From: Hydrolagus colliei
Taxonomy: Eukaryota
Reading direction: 5' to 3'
Length of the DNA: 64,000 bases
Assembly: GCA_035084275.1 (NCBI GenBank)
Contig: CM068750.1
Span: 5,766,001-5,830,000 of the forward strand
Below, piece after piece: positions 1-15,500 of the stretch. The translations under genes and the position numbers were made by a program. The notes beneath the pieces are model-generated. The model ran no database searches. It was given only the letters and a program-made list of their open reading frames with translations, and was not told the origin of the DNA. The stretch's first letter is position 1; every line of letters starts with the position of its first letter.

Positions 1-405
1 TAACATACCCCTAAGCAATAACACTAGTAAATTGGGAAATCCCATACTAAACATGCATTGAAAGGTTCACTAGTGTTAACTTGTGATATGTGCCAGATCC
101 CATTGAGACGTTAACCCTACATCCATGATTTAGTTGGACTGCAGTAATGTGAATGGACTTTGTTGCTTCTTGAAAAGACAAGTAAGTTTCTTCCATTATC
201 CTGGCTCCCAAATAAAATTGATCATTGACTACATGTTTCATTGTGGGACCTAGCTGTGGGCAAACGACCAATTAGTCATTAGATTTACAGTAAATTTTGT
301 GTAGTCCTTTGAGGTGTCCTCCCAATGTGAAAGCCATTATATAAAATGTAAAGATCATCATCATTATTATTATTGCACGTATTCATTCATACTGAGCTGC
401 CTTAC

Positions 406-513
406 CTGTTTAGTTAGTTTGTTTGTTACCTTCACAATAATTTCTTTTTCCAACTCCTCTCCCTTAGCATCAGTCAGTGCCAAGTTTTTTACCTCTGGTT
501 CAAAGATAACACC
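406..513 (-). CDS. KIF28: KIF28-like exon 16 ([18 protein letters not shown]...[10 protein letters not shown])
   Basis: 108 nt; AG/GTAAGG. Confidence 0.87.
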
Positions 514-3500
514 CTTTGAAAGGATAGAAACAGGGTGGTAATTGTTAATGCATTTAATTGCTACCCCTGTGCCTTTCATCTTTTCTCTCTTCATCAGTAT
601 GTCACACCAAACCCCATATAAAATGTCAGATAAGTGAGCTTCTTCCAGACATTTGCTAATGCCATTCTGTAACTGGCTGCTAGGAGACGGGACATAATTT
701 TTCCTGGGAAAAATTGTTCTGTTGAGCTTTTCTCCTCCAAAAGACAATGTTTTTGATAATAGCTTGCCACATCCCCTATGATCACCTAACTAATATAGGG
801 AGTTAACTGGAAATGTCCCCATGTATGGAATGGAAACGCACACTCTCCCTGGAGACATACCCAGCTTACCTAAATTCTGGAGAGTACGAGGCACTCGGTT
901 GGCAAGAGCCAAGCCTTGGAGATCCCGGAGGGGTTACTGCTGGAGCTTTACCAGCTAAAATCGAATAGCCTGCCACTGAAAACTGTACGGACAAGCTTTC
1001 AGTGTTTGCCATATATCTTTGTCCAACTAGGATCACTTGAGCCAGCTTGGCCTGGTTAACAGGAGACCAGTAGGAGCAATCCTTGCCCTCAGTGATGTAT
1101 CATTGTAAATTGTCTGAGTTTAGTGTTCCGAATCAGCCCCAGATTCATCTCTGGGGCAGGTTTTGTTCCTAAGCTGAGTTCCTTGATGCTCCCCGTGATA
1201 TTAATAAGGAAAGTGCACTTAATCTACCCACACAGATTTGATTAATAAGCTCTCACTCGTACACCAGGTTTTAGCATAATCATGGCATTAACAAATTAGA
1301 GTCAAAGGCCCTTTCTGAAATGATAACAAGAAATGAACAAATGTACCTTGTTAAGTTCCTCACTTATTTGGTTTGCCCAAGCCACTGACGGCATGATTGA
1401 GATAAAATCCTGGACAATTCTTGTCAAATTAGGATCCAGATTTTCTTTCTGCTTTTCACCTGCCACTGAAAAAAATGGGAGGCATTTATTCTGTTGATAG
1501 ATAAAAGCAATTATTCAACCAATAATGAAAAAAACAAGAAAACAGAGAACAGGTGAAAAGATAATTGATATCTACAACCAGTGGAAAATTAAATACAAAA
1601 ACATAGCTTTGCTCCATGCTCATTAGCTGGTTAAAGCCAGGAAGTTCACAAATATTTAAACAACTTTAATGATTTAGATTAAAAATAAAACATTGGGTAT
1701 TCAAAAGGATTTGATTTGGTGCACAGCTCATGACATGAAAGGCATTATACAAATGTAATTTTGTATTTTATTGTTGCAGTAGCTGTAAGATAGTTTGTGC
1801 ACGAGAGTCTATATCCTATGCTGGATATAGACTCTCGTGTATTGGTGAAAGACTGATTCTGTGCTGGGCTAAAGAGGACTATTCCACAGGTTGGAGGCTC
1901 GCATGGAGTATAAACACCAGCAATTACTAGTTGGTCTGAATGGTCTGTTTAAAGATTTACATATACTGTACTTTGTAATACTATATGTCGGCTTTTGGGA
2001 TTGCACAAGAAGAGGCAGATCAATGTTTTTTTTTGTCTCTCACAAAAGCAGAAACCATTTGATCAGATTCAACGATTCCCTGTTACTCAAATGCAATTGC
2101 AACTAATGATATTCCATTGATTGATATTTGGTAGGACGTTGAATGCAACCATTTCTGGGAGAGTGAACCAGGTATTCCCCACTCAACAACAACAACAGCA
2201 ACTTCGATTTATATGGTGCCCTCCACATCCACGCTCATCCATAATGAGCCTCATTATGTTCCACAACTGCCTCACCCCCCCACCCCCAATGACATGCTTA
2301 TCCCCACCCAAATGTGGGTTCCTAATCATCAAACTACAACATTGACCTGATTCCTTGCATCGGGACCACTCTAGCAAGTAAACAAAGGAAGGTGAGCTAA
2401 GTTCCACTGAAACCTTTTTCCTTTGGAAACTCAATAATGTATTTATCACTTTATCTCCCTCCTCCCCCCCACCCATCCATTTACCTTTCTTTATCTCTAC
2501 TCTGTCATGGTTGCTCACCTCCATGAATTCTTGTTACAGCTGGCAGGGCAGCTGAACGGCCCAAGGATTCTTCCATGACAGCTGACACCAATGGTGCTCT
2601 AAGACTCAACTGACAGAAAGTGCAGTAACTGAGAGATGAGACAGTCAAATGTGTCAGAGTGACTTCCCCACCCCCATTTGGCAGCCTGAAGTGTCAGCAC
2701 TCGGGCCCAGAACCACAGATCTGTGAAGCAGAGGTTTGTAATGTTTCTGGTGCTGATGGTAACATGAGAAGTCAGCTTCTGCTTTTATTCACAGACATCA
2801 CAGCCAGTCACCTGTAGGTTGCCAGTTACTCCATATAATGGATAACTAGGCGCTGCTCGAAAGAGATTTCGAATAGACATTGTATGGAAGTATGACATTG
2901 AAGATGTTTTTGGAATCTGAAGACTGACTGCCATTGTCTCTATTCATATAACTCAAATAAAACAAGAATGTACTTAGAATATGATCATATTGTTATTGTT
3001 GCTCATGGTAAAAAAAGAGTCTCTGAGGTTTTCAGGATGAACAATAGGACTGTATAAATGGAACAATAACCTACCCTTCACCTTTAAGTTGAGTGAAATT
3101 GTTGTATTTATCATCAAAGAATACTGTGTAACATTAATTCTTTGTTGCACTTAAAATGGCGCATACCTGGATTCACTTGTCCAAATCCTTCACTCGATGC
3201 AAGTTCAGAAGCAAAGTATTCATAATTGTATTTGTGGATTTTATCTCTGTCCCTTCTTTCATTTGGGAAACCCACGAATAAGTAGAATGAGCTGGAGCCC
3301 AGTATAACTCTGTCCTATACGGAGGAAAACAGGACTGTGACCTGCTATAATAATAAACTATTATTGTCTTACTATTATAATACCTCAGCTAACATAACTT
3401 ACAAGTTACTATGTCTATCTGAATTGGTTGAAAATATATTATTACATTGAATTGTACTGAGATGAAAAACTTCAGTCACCACTTATTCTGCTTCAAGTTG

Positions 3501-6500
3501 GTCAGTTACTGTATTAATAATAATAATCCTTGAATTTGATATAGTGCTTTTCACATCTTCTAGACGTCTCAAAGCGCTTCACAGAATATGCTGCAGACTG
3601 TAGTAACTGTATAATTGTTGGCAAAACGCAGCACAAAATTGTGCACAGCAGTGTGCCACAAAGTCGTGGATTGAAATTACCAATTTTTCTTTTTGAGGGA
3701 TTATTATCAGGGATGTGGAGTAAGGAAAATTACCCAAGGGTTCGCCCTCCCAGGAATTGAACCCAGGTCTCTCGTTTGCAAGGTGAGTGTTCTAACCACT
3801 GAGCTACTTGACTCCACCATTTTATCATCAATGAAATAATAACACCGCTAGACTCTAGTACAAGTGCATACATTTGAGTGCACATATGCTCAGCAGCAGT
3901 CCCTTTGCTGAAAGGGACTTTGCTTTGAATTTAATAAAGTTAAAGAATCATGTTATATTCATGTATAACTGCATCTAAGCAAATGCATGTCCATTGCTTA
4001 CTAAATGATGTAGCTGATATGTTGTTAGAAGTGGCAAGCCATTGATGATAACTCTGGCTTTGCTTTGGGGCTCAATTCCAACTTTCTGGACAGAAACTGT
4101 AAGCACTGCATGTTTATCCAGGATACTGAAAAATACAACGTGTGAAATTTAAAATTAAGTAAATCAACTTTAGCTTAACACACTTTGTACATGTGTCATA
4201 TGTTCTTAGAGAGTCTGCAAATCTTTCTCAGGAAAGTGGGTCCATGATTTTTCACAGAAAGTGACCTTGGATTTAATGTCAGCAGTGCTGAAAAAGGAAG
4301 ATTCTTCCTCACTGAGAAATAGGAAGCTACAGCAAGTTAACTGGGCTGTGGTTGCACAACAGCTTGCACCCAATAAAAGACCAGAAACTGGCAGAAGGCT
4401 GAGGGATGGTTACGAGCACATAAATCTCGAGTGGTGAACAGTGTTGGATAAAGAAAGAACATAAGAACAAGAATTAGGACCAGGAGCAGGCCATTCGGCC
4501 CCTCAAGCCTGTCCCGCCATTCAATAAGATCATGGCTCTTCTGACCTAACCCTAATTGCCTGCCCTATCCCCATATTCCCTAATCCCTCTATTTTTAAAA
4601 ACATCTATCAGTCTCAGCCTTGAAAATGTTCAAGGTCTGAGCATCTACAGCCTTCTGGGGTAGTGAAAATTCACTACCCTCTGAGTGAAGAAATGTTTCC
4701 TCAACTCTGTTCTAAAAGGCTGACCCTTAACTTTAAGCCTGTGACCCCTGGTTATAGATTCTCCTACCAGGGAAAACAGTCCCTCCTTGTCTACTTTATC
4801 CAGTCCTTTAAGAATCTTATATGTTTCAATAAGATCTCCCCAAATTCTTCTGTACTCTACAGAATACAGCCCTTATTTATTCAACCTATCCTCATAGGTT
4901 AGTCCCCTCATACCAGGAACTAACCTAGTGAATCTATGCTGCACTAGCTCTAAGGCAAGTATGTCCTTTTTTAAATGAGACCAAAATTGCACACAATACT
5001 CTAGGTGCGGTCTCACCAAGCCTCTATACAGTTGCAGCAAGAACCATGAAGAAACGCTATGAAGAAAAAGAAAAAAAGATTATTAAACAATGAACTGAAA
5101 ATCAAAGTGTGATCCATTGCAAATTAGTTGGTCCAGCAGTTTATTTGTGAAAGTGTGGGATTTTCTACCTAAAGTAAATTTCTCTGTCAACTTTTCTTTA
5201 ATCCACAAACTGGCCAGGTGGTAGACTAGCTCCCAGATCTGTTCATTCCACTCTGAGAGAACCTTAGGAACTGTGTGAGAACAGCCTGTGGAGAATCCTT
5301 AGTTTGTGGATTCACAATGGTACAGCTGAGATTTGTGGCTGTCCATGGTGCTAGATGAACCAGTTTCATATCATTCAGAGAAACAATATATTGGAACCTC
5401 AACAAGATCTGTCACAGCGATGTGACAGGGCTCGTTGAAATTCCAATACACTGTTAAGCAATGTGAACCAAAGCTCTGGAAGCAATCTAGCCATGCTATT
5501 GGAAAATGGATCAACTGTCTTTCCACCTCCTAAAAAAAGTTTATTCAAAAAGTATAATAAATATAGGTGAGGATGCTTCTCCTTGTAATCAGTATTTGAA
5601 ACAAAAAAAGGGAATTCAATGCTGTAATAGCAAGACAATCCATATACATTTCATTGCTCAGGCCAAGTTTGTTTGAATCTTAAATTAAGTTTTCCAAACT
5701 ATTTAGTGCCCACACCATCCAGACTCCAAATGCTTGCGGCACACTGTATTTCGGGTACTTGGTTCATTACCAGTGAAACCTTTTAGATGGCAAATAATGA
5801 GAATGTTCTCACTATCAGTTAGACAGACTGAACGATTTAATCATTGTTTAATGAATTCAACAATAATTAAACCGCTTGATCTGAAAACAATACTGATCTT
5901 TATCGGGCTTATCAGGATTGATGTAAATTTGAAATTTAACAACTACATCATTAATATGTAATATTACCACAAGCAATATATACCTTTGCTAATTTACAGT
6001 TCTATGTATCCTTACAAGTATCAAATAGTGAAGCTAACTTCCAATTCTTAAATCGTGCTTCAAATGCATAAAACCACTCTCAGACCAGTCTCTTCACAGA
6101 AACATTCAGAAGTATCTACTTATCATAGATAGATAGATATCTAGCATGCATCTGAGACATGTAGTGAGGTGTCAGAGGCACACTAAGACAACGGTTGACA
6201 TTTTGTGGAAGAATCATGCATCACAAAAAGAATCCTGTATGAAGTAAAGGATCATTAAGCCCTGGGAATAGATGGAAGTAACATCCTGCAAAGCCTTGAA
6301 TTGATTCATTTTTAATTTAATCATCTTTAAAAGTCATAGTAAATGCTGATTGACCTTGCTATGTGATTAAGGACTGGAGGGGGCAGATTTGATTGCATGT
6401 CACCATTACTTGAAAAAATGAAATGAAATGTAAATGATCAAACTTAATCAGTTACTTTAATGGACAATGATTTTTGACACATATGGAGTGCCAAATATGT

Positions 6501-9500
6501 AAACCTAAATAACTAAGATTAATAGCATACTCTTGGGGAGAAATCCTATTCTATTCTAATCCTATAGCATTTCAAAGAATGTGGTAAATTGTTGAACTCA
6601 ATTTGAACTTTGAATCAAAATGGTTTCAAATTGAAGGTTACATTTAAGAATTTTCCAAATTCTGAAGAAGCTGAAATGCTGCACGAAATAAAACTCTAAA
6701 CCTGGGTGGAAATTCTCTCAGTTGATACCTTATTACATTTTAAATGCCTTTCTTCTGAACATTTCTGATGAACCTGTGCTCTTCAGAAAGAACAACAGAT
6801 AAGAGAAACCGGTAATCAGCGTTCACTTACCCAAGCCCTTTCAGAACAATGTCCTTCTCCACAACGGATGTTCGTCCTATTGTGCAAATGCCTGCAATAT
6901 TAGAATAATGCTCTGCGTTCAAATGACCAGTGTTTGCTTGTTGTAGACCATTATTATACGCTTCATTATAAGCTTCCTGCTCAGCTCTCAGCAAGAAGCC
7001 AACTAATTCATTTGCAAATTTCACTCGGCGATATGAACCACAGGGAATACATGCAAAAATCATTACAAATAATAAGTTGCAAATCAATGCAATTCAGTTC
7101 TCTTTCTTTTAACTGTTTCAGGCATGAACCAAGTGTTTCAACACAACACACTTGGAGTGTCAAATGCGATAGATTCAAATCTTTTCGCACAGTCATGGGT
7201 TTAACCCTCGGTAGCAATTAAATGAAAATGGCATAAGATGATTAGACGGTTTGGAAACTGATCAATGTTACTCATTGCACCATTAGTCTTATGTGACGGA
7301 ATCTGCCTCGTTCTTTGCCCTACCATCTTGAATAAAGTGTCGAACCACTCCAGACAGTTGTGGGTCTTCATTGACATTCAGCAAATAGGGAAACTCCGAC
7401 ATCATTTTCTCTTCCTGGAAAATAAAAACATGCAAGTTCACTTCACTCCTACTTCTCTAGATTTTAAGCATTAAAAACAGAAATTAACATGGTTAGTTAG
7501 ACAGAGGATTATTCAATTATAAAGCATAAAAGTGAGGAATTATATTGATTTCTAACATTAACTCATTATTATTTAATAGATTTTTAGGTTTATCATCAGA
7601 ATCTTATTTTCTATAGTTGTCAAAAGAATGTTTCTGTTTGCTTTTGGGTCACCTAACTGTTATCTTGTTAGCTCAAAGTGGGTGGTAAATTGGGGTAGTA
7701 AGTCAGTATTTGAGCAGACATATAAATGAGCAATCCTCCCTGTAACAGTACCTCTTGAAGAATTTTTAAAGCAAATCAGTTCTGTTCCGCTTCACAAATC
7801 AGATTTTTTTTCAAAATGTGCCATTTTGCATTGGATTAACATCAATTAAAAGACTGCATGACAATATTAAATGAGATTGAAACCTCTAAGGAAGATATGG
7901 ATCTAAAACACACTTAATTTAATCAAGCTGCACGATTAGGAAAGATAAACAGCAAATCATTGCACTTAGTATCTTAAGCAGAAATTCTTTTTGAAGATTG
8001 AATTGCAAAAATCATTTATCTTAAATTAATGGCTAAAGTTTCATTTCCTCTGAGTGGGGAGGTGGTGGTGTGGGCTGGTGTTCCACAGAGCAGAGCCTTT
8101 CCCTTCTACCAGGAGGTAAAGAACTAACGATGATCAAATACTCCTCAGGCAATGCAGGGTATTATAGGATATTGCAGTCCCAGTTAAAATTGGACACATC
8201 TCCAAAGTCTAATGGATGATTAGCATTCCAATAAGAGCATTGTTAAAATTAATGCATTATTGGGATCTCCAGCACAAGTGGTGATTATCATATTACAGTA
8301 TATTGCATTGACAAAACACACCAAAATACTGCACAAAGTCTCCAATTCGGCTACTAGATGACAACTGCAATTTTAAACCTTGGAGTCTGAGGAAACTAAT
8401 GGTTGTAGGATTCTGGATGTAGCTGCAGAGCAATGTTTGAATCACATTGTCGTTGTGAGTTTGGATAAGAGCCATCTAAGTCTTAATAAACATGTTTGTC
8501 TTGATCCTCAATATCAGAGGTTGTAAAATAAAATAAACTTAAATGGTCAGTAGACTGTATGAATGGAGAAAAGAAGAGTGAGTACCTGAATGATTACCTT
8601 TATAATGCTGGAATATTGTTGTTCCCATTCCCTCTTTGCTTCCTCCAACTTCTGTTGCCATGATTTCTGCATTTCTTTTAACCGTGTTTCATTATCGGCA
8701 ATTAATCTTCTAAGAGTCTCTAATTTTGAACAACATCATAATTGCCTCTAATTTTTTCTAGTACTATATTGCCATTAATGAGCACCAGAATAAGATTCAC
8801 ATGACTGGCTGAATACAACAACTGTAGCAGTATATTTAAATTAAACCTTCAAAAATGCCAAAATGCTTCCAAAGGATTCTGTTTTAATTTATCAGATTAG
8901 AAATTCTATGCAGGGTATAGTTTTCATATGTAATTTCCAGTAATCTTAGGAGAATACAGATCTATTAACCCAAACTATCTGCTGCTGAAGTACTGTCAGA
9001 TAGATATAGTACTTAGTATTGGCAATAATCAGGAAAACAACATTACTGAACGATTTGAACATGCAATCCTGCTCAGCAGAATCTCTTGGAAAATAAGAAA
9101 ATCACTAATGCTGCACTTATATTGTACACATGGTGGTGATTCAAGAAGAATAACTCACACAGATGTCCTATCACCTGAAGGAGTTAGTTTCAGGAGCAAG
9201 GCAAATGCAAAAGAAATCAACTGTATCATTAATAAATTTGAACAGCGGTAATATACTTGTCATTGCAATCACGCCATTTGTTACTTCTTGGCTGAGTTTT
9301 CGATGTTCAGCATGTTGTTACTTAATTGTCAACAGAACATTTCTCACTGACGTGGAGAAAGAAATGAATACCATTTAGAATTGTGAAACGAGGGCAGTGT
9401 TAAGCATTAAGACATCCCTAAGTGCATTGTAACGAGTAAAATTGCCATCCAAAACTTTACTAGCACAATAGGTATAAAGACATTCACTTATTTACCATTA

Positions 9501-12500
9501 TTTATCATGTCATTAGAGTATCTTCGATGCTCACTGATCTAGTAGCACGGTATTTTTAATAAACTCTAAAATGTCTCCACAGTAGGTGTCTACCAATTAG
9601 CAAGATGAGTATTAAAATAATAATCCAACCTCTCTCATCCATGTGTTTGTCTCCTGCCTTCTCCAGATCTGTAATTCTTGCCTGCAGCCTAGTATTATCA
9701 TCGTTTAGATCCCTGAGAAGCTGTTCAGTTAGGCTTTCATTAATCATTGCTCTGTTCTGGATACTCTTAGCTCTTGTTTTAAAAATAGAGAACACACAAA
9801 TTATATCTGTATGTCATTAGCATTTACTCATGTATCATTATAAACCATAACTGTATCATTATGCATAACATAAAGTTATTTTAATATCTCCGAAGTGTCT
9901 TGCTTCACAAGATAATATTGTTTTGTGGAAGATGGGCATCAGAGAGGATGCTCTGGGGATAGATGTGCCATTTCTGCTGGGAAATTAATATGGAGGAAGA
10001 TGTCCGTGTCTAGCTAGAAAGTACAGGTCTTCATTGTGATGACTTTTAATAAAGTTAAATGTAATTTTGTGCTTCTCCACATTAGGTCTCTTCCCTCATC
10101 ACCTTTTCCAGTTGCATACTTTCAAACTAGACTCGACAGACAGAAGAGATGAGCATAGTAACTGATGCTTAACTGTTGTGAATGATTGGAGATCTCATTA
10201 CTTAATAATGGCTTAATAAGTTTTGTTATTGCAGAAATATTTTCAGTACAGGGAGACAAATGGATAAAATGTTGTATAATTCTTTAACCACTTGAGGGGT
10301 CGTTCCCAGCTGACAAGCCAGATTTGTGTAATAGATTAGATTGTTTGCCATCTCATTCATTTAACAATTGAATTGTTGAATTCTTGTTTCAAATCCCTCC
10401 ACTCCTCTGCACCCCCCTACCTCTCTGACCTCCTCTCTTCTCAAACCAACTCCTGTTGCCTTCTCTCCACTGGGTCTGGCATCCTCCATGTCCCCCGAAT
10501 CCTCCGCTCCACCCTCGGCAGCCGTGCCTTCAGGCACTATGCCCCGAGGCTCTGGAATTCCCTCCCTCACTACCTTCCCCTCGCCCCCTCTTTTCTCAGT
10601 TTCAGGTCCCAGCTGAAGAACTTTCTCTTCGACCGCGCCCTTGGTCACCTTTCTACCCCTGGCTCGGTCCCGGGGATCCGCTATTGTGAAGCGCTCTGAG
10701 ACGCCGTCCGGTATGGGGGGGCGCTATATAAATCTAAATTGTTGTTGTTGTTGTTGAATCACAAAATTAAAAGCCAATGCAAGAATTAATGTAATGCCTA
10801 GTCTTGGAATCAATGTAAGCATTTCAACACGAGCACTTTCTGATGACAACAATACAGTGAAAGGAAAGAGGACATCTACGTTTACCAAACATCTTTCTTA
10901 AACAATACTTTAAAAGACTTTAGTTTTGTGAACGGAGTTATACGTCCAGAAGCATAGAAGAAAATAGAAATAAGTAGCAGGAACTGAAGAATCCAGTCTT
11001 ATTGCAGGATCAGATAGGAAGGTTCGGAAATAAGCAATCCTTCTTCATTTCCTACCTTTCCGCAAACCGTAATGTTGACATGGTTTCATCATAATTGATG
11101 TCTGCTGGACTTATTGTTGCGATCTGTAAAGCAGGTTTGTGGCAAGCAAACAATAAATTATATAAAATGGATCTAGGATGTATATCATCTGCTGTACTTT
11201 GTTTATTTTAGAAGCTTAATGATTTCAAAAGTTTTTTTTAAAAAACTTTCTCCTCACTGCACAACATCTCACACTGCTATGACAAAGAACCCTCACACGT
11301 AGTTCATCCACTTTCAAATCCAATGCAATCCAACATCCACATGTCTCAAATCCAAGAGTAGCAAAAGAGGATGATAATTATTTGAATGTTGAGGAATAAA
11401 TGTCTAACCTCCTAACTGAGATCTCTCCAGGACCTTTGCTGTTACTGAGCAAGCCTGGCAAAGCAAGGGAAACAGCAGCAATCCTTTCCCTATCCTAAGT
11501 CTTTTCTTCTCATTTCAAAATGTTTTGCAGTTGTCTTTCTCGAAGTCTAATCGTTTCAATATTCCTGGCCATTGTATTGATGCTTTGTTGAAACAGGCTG
11601 AAATAATGACACTTTGATAAGACTGAAGACAAAATCTGTCACATATCAAAAAGAAACAAGTTTTGCTGTGATTTTTCTGTCTCATAAGATACTCTTTAAG
11701 GCAGCACTTAACCTTTCACCTGTATATAGAAACCTGGAATAAAAAGTGAATCTTAGCTTTTCTGTACCCAATTTTCTTTCTTTCTCTCCTAAAAGGGATG
11801 ACACATGCTTGAGTATAGTTTCATATGAGTTGACAGCTCTCCAGTACCTCATCTAAGCTGCCATTCTTCACGGATGAGCTGAGTCAGTGAGTGTAGATAA
11901 GCCATCAGATCATAGGGGACATCACAGATGATCCCAATCTCATCCAATATTCACGAACACGCACACACACAAAGGTTCCAGAAAACAAAGCTTGATATAA
12001 TCAGAATTGGGAATAAAATCTGATATTAATCCTTTCCCTATAAAAATTGTGTATATATAGAGCTCCACCCCTTCATTCTTTTTATTTAAGATCAGCTAAT
12101 GAACCAGGTCAGAGATGGTTAGCCTCCATCTTCTTGTACCACACTGAATGATGCAGTTATTTTTTATTTCCTTGACCTTTTAGCTTCCTGATGGTCCAGT
12201 GATTTGTCGTAAAACCGTCTGATTTTTAAATTTTATTATATCCATTTCCAGTTTAGCAGCTTGTGGACTTCAGGGATATGTATGTATGTTGTGATAAAAT
12301 CACTAATTTGTCCCAATCCTATGCACAGATACAATGAGATACAAAGATATCCTTCCCTAGTGAAATTGGCTGTCCATTATGTCCTATTGTGTATGATATT
12401 GATATACACAAATAAGGGTACAAAATCATTGCTGAAGGTGAGTGAGAGGCACTTGCACTTTAAGTCACAAACCACAGGACTCCTGTTTGAAAGATTGTGT

Positions 12501-15500
12501 TAAGTCACTTGGGTTCACTGGAGCTGAAAGTATAAATGTATTAATTTCCTCTGGCATCTTCTCTTGAGTGGTTTGTAACTTCAGGTACCTAGAATGTATG
12601 TAGCTGAAAGATTTTGTCTTGTCTGAGCTGTAGAGAATCAGTGGGTATCTCTATCAAATGATCAATACTCACCATAACAGTCTTGCTGTTCCCTCCCAGG
12701 GCTGTGCTGAGCAGTCTGGTGAGCAGCGAGTTGCGGTAGGGAATATACTGAACTTTTCTTCCAACCGCTTTGTCCGATAAGGCACTGACCATACATAAAA
12801 AACAGCACGTAGCTACTTTAAGAATAGGCTCATAAAGATATCAGGTGAGGCTACACTGACATTGTTTACCATTTACAGTATAAAGACCTGTTAGTGCAGA
12901 AAGCAGGCATAAATATTAAAACCGCAGACTGAACTCAAATGCAATATCAGTTTCATTTGCTTTCCGAGGAAAGGTCAGGTTGGGTTAAGCTTACCTAATA
13001 ACATTTCCAAGAGTTGTTAGACTGAGATTGATTGCTCGTGCTTCATTGAATCTGTCAGAAGTGACTCCTGCACTCCGCTGTCTCTCACTACCAGCCAAAT
13101 CCACCAGATCAATTTCCGAATGCTTCATAGTGGGTTGGTCTGCATAAACCTGCTGCGAATACTAAATAGCTGTTAATTTGTTTATGAAACTGGACATCGT
13201 ATTAGACTAAAGTACACTTGCTGAGAAGCATCACCATAAAAAAAACGACCAAATTGATCACAAATAAAGCGAAACATAAAAATTATGCACATGTGCTAAA
13301 TTGTGGTGAACAGGTTCTTTCAATGAATGATGAATGATTATTCATCATTTGGCTGAATATGCAAAACTGTGAGTCTTAAAAAATTTCGATGAAGTATACA
13401 AACAATCCTTCCGTTCATCTGTTGGAGTAAGATACTTTTCTTCAACAATATTCGATAGAATTCCAAAAGTAAGGCTGTAAGGATTTCCTTTGAACCTACA
13501 ACTAAAAGTGTACCCTGCCAAGGCCCAGATGTGTCTGCTACACTGTAATTGTGTTAATGGCCCTGCAGCTACTTTATTCACCAATCCAGAAAAATAGATT
13601 GCTTTTCAATAATTTCCCAGGACTTAATCACATGATTCTAATTTAACGTGGATATGGAATAAATTATAAGATAGAAAAAAACCTTACAGTTGACAGTTAG
13701 CACTGTTAGGACATAAATAATGGAGTCAATGGGAGATAATTCACTCGCTTTGTGGCACAGGACAATAACATCTTGGCCTTGGACAGTTAAAGCCACTCTT
13801 CTGATGGACAGCCAACATTGAGGCATAAATCAGTGCTGATACCTTTGAGAGGGGATCATGCAACACTAGTTTATACCACAGGTTGGGTTTAGGGAGGTGA
13901 TTTATGAAAGGTGGTTCCCGAATCCTTTCACCGGCAACTAAGACTCCAGCACCATCTTATACCTTACCACACATGGGGAAAATAGATTTGCTCTACTTAT
14001 GCAGCGTTTCAAAGCATCCAGAATGTGACAAATTCTTAAACACAACCTTACTTTTGAAGACTTTCTGTAAGATCACTTAAGAAATAGAGATAACCAACCT
14101 CAAAGTTAAGTCTGAATTCAATATTTTACTAAATTCTGGATGCTCTAAACAGCCTTGGCCAACATGTGGCCCATGGGGATGTCAAGAAGCGCCCATTCCC
14201 TGAACATTCACGTAAGTCTTAGGCAAGTTTGTGTTCCATCAGTCGTGTGTTTTCAGCTTCTTCAAGATTCAAGATGACTTCAATCAAGAAATGTTCATTT
14301 CTTGATTTATGACATCAATATAGATTTTTCTGTCCCCAACAGAATCTAAGTATTATTTATTCTGGTGGATATGCAACCAAACAGTCTCGACCTGTGACTT
14401 AATCCTAGAATACCTGTCGCCTACTTTCACTATTACTGCCATTTTATTATTTCATTTATCCCTCTCTCGTTTTAACTGACCCTCTTGTTTTCATTAATTG
14501 TATCCATAACTGGCTAATGGATAGGATCAAATACCTGACCTGTGAAATGGTCAAGTATGACTTATAGCGGCATGCAAATTGCATTAAATCACATAAGATA
14601 TTTTCTTATGATATCTCAATATTTCTTCAAATTTTACCTGCTATTAGACATTCTATTTGGTATCTCACTGGCACGATAGACATTGCATAATGTATTCAAT
14701 TTTATGAGACATTACATTATGTTCATTAGAAGTGATACCACTGGAGGGCTTTTTCCAATGGTAGTGGAGTCTAACATCAAATGTCAGAAGAATTACATGC
14801 TCCTCGCTGGTTTCCACTGTGGGTTTACACCACGTACCTGTTGAAAGCGAATGGTAATCACCATATGAGATCTGCTGCTGGTTGTGTTCCTATTAGTGGC
14901 AGCAGTGCTTCGATTTCTAATTCCTTGTTCTAGGAAAGCCTCTAGCTGCTTATAACTAGTGCACGGAACTGACTTGAGGCACTCAACATAAAATCCGTGT
15001 CTGCCTTCTCGCACACGTAAACCGCTGGGCTTTCGAACCTTGGACAAAAGATCTTGAATCTTCAAAATCAAAAGAATATTAATCATTAACACTGTTGGGC
15101 AGAAATGGACAGTTAAGATATTTCTATAACTGTCACAGCTCATTTAGGTTTACATCAGCCAACCCCGATAGTTCCTTTGTTTGAACTGTCGGCTTTAAAG
15201 ATCTATACTGAATATTCACAACATGCAAGAGAAAAACAGTGTGATTTAATCAAATATTATACAAGGGATAGTCAAATTCAAAGAGGTGTTACATAGCAAA
15301 ATATTGGATTATGATAGAGAGGTAATAACAGCTATGCCTGTTATTCTCTCACGTCCTCCCGATGTGAAAGGTGCTCTATAAATGTAAAACAAAAACAGAA
15401 GTTGCTGGGGAAACTCAGCAGGTCAGGCAGCATCCATGGAGAAAGGAAAATGAGTCAACATTTCAGGTCTACAACCCTTAGTCGAAGTGTTGTAGACCCA

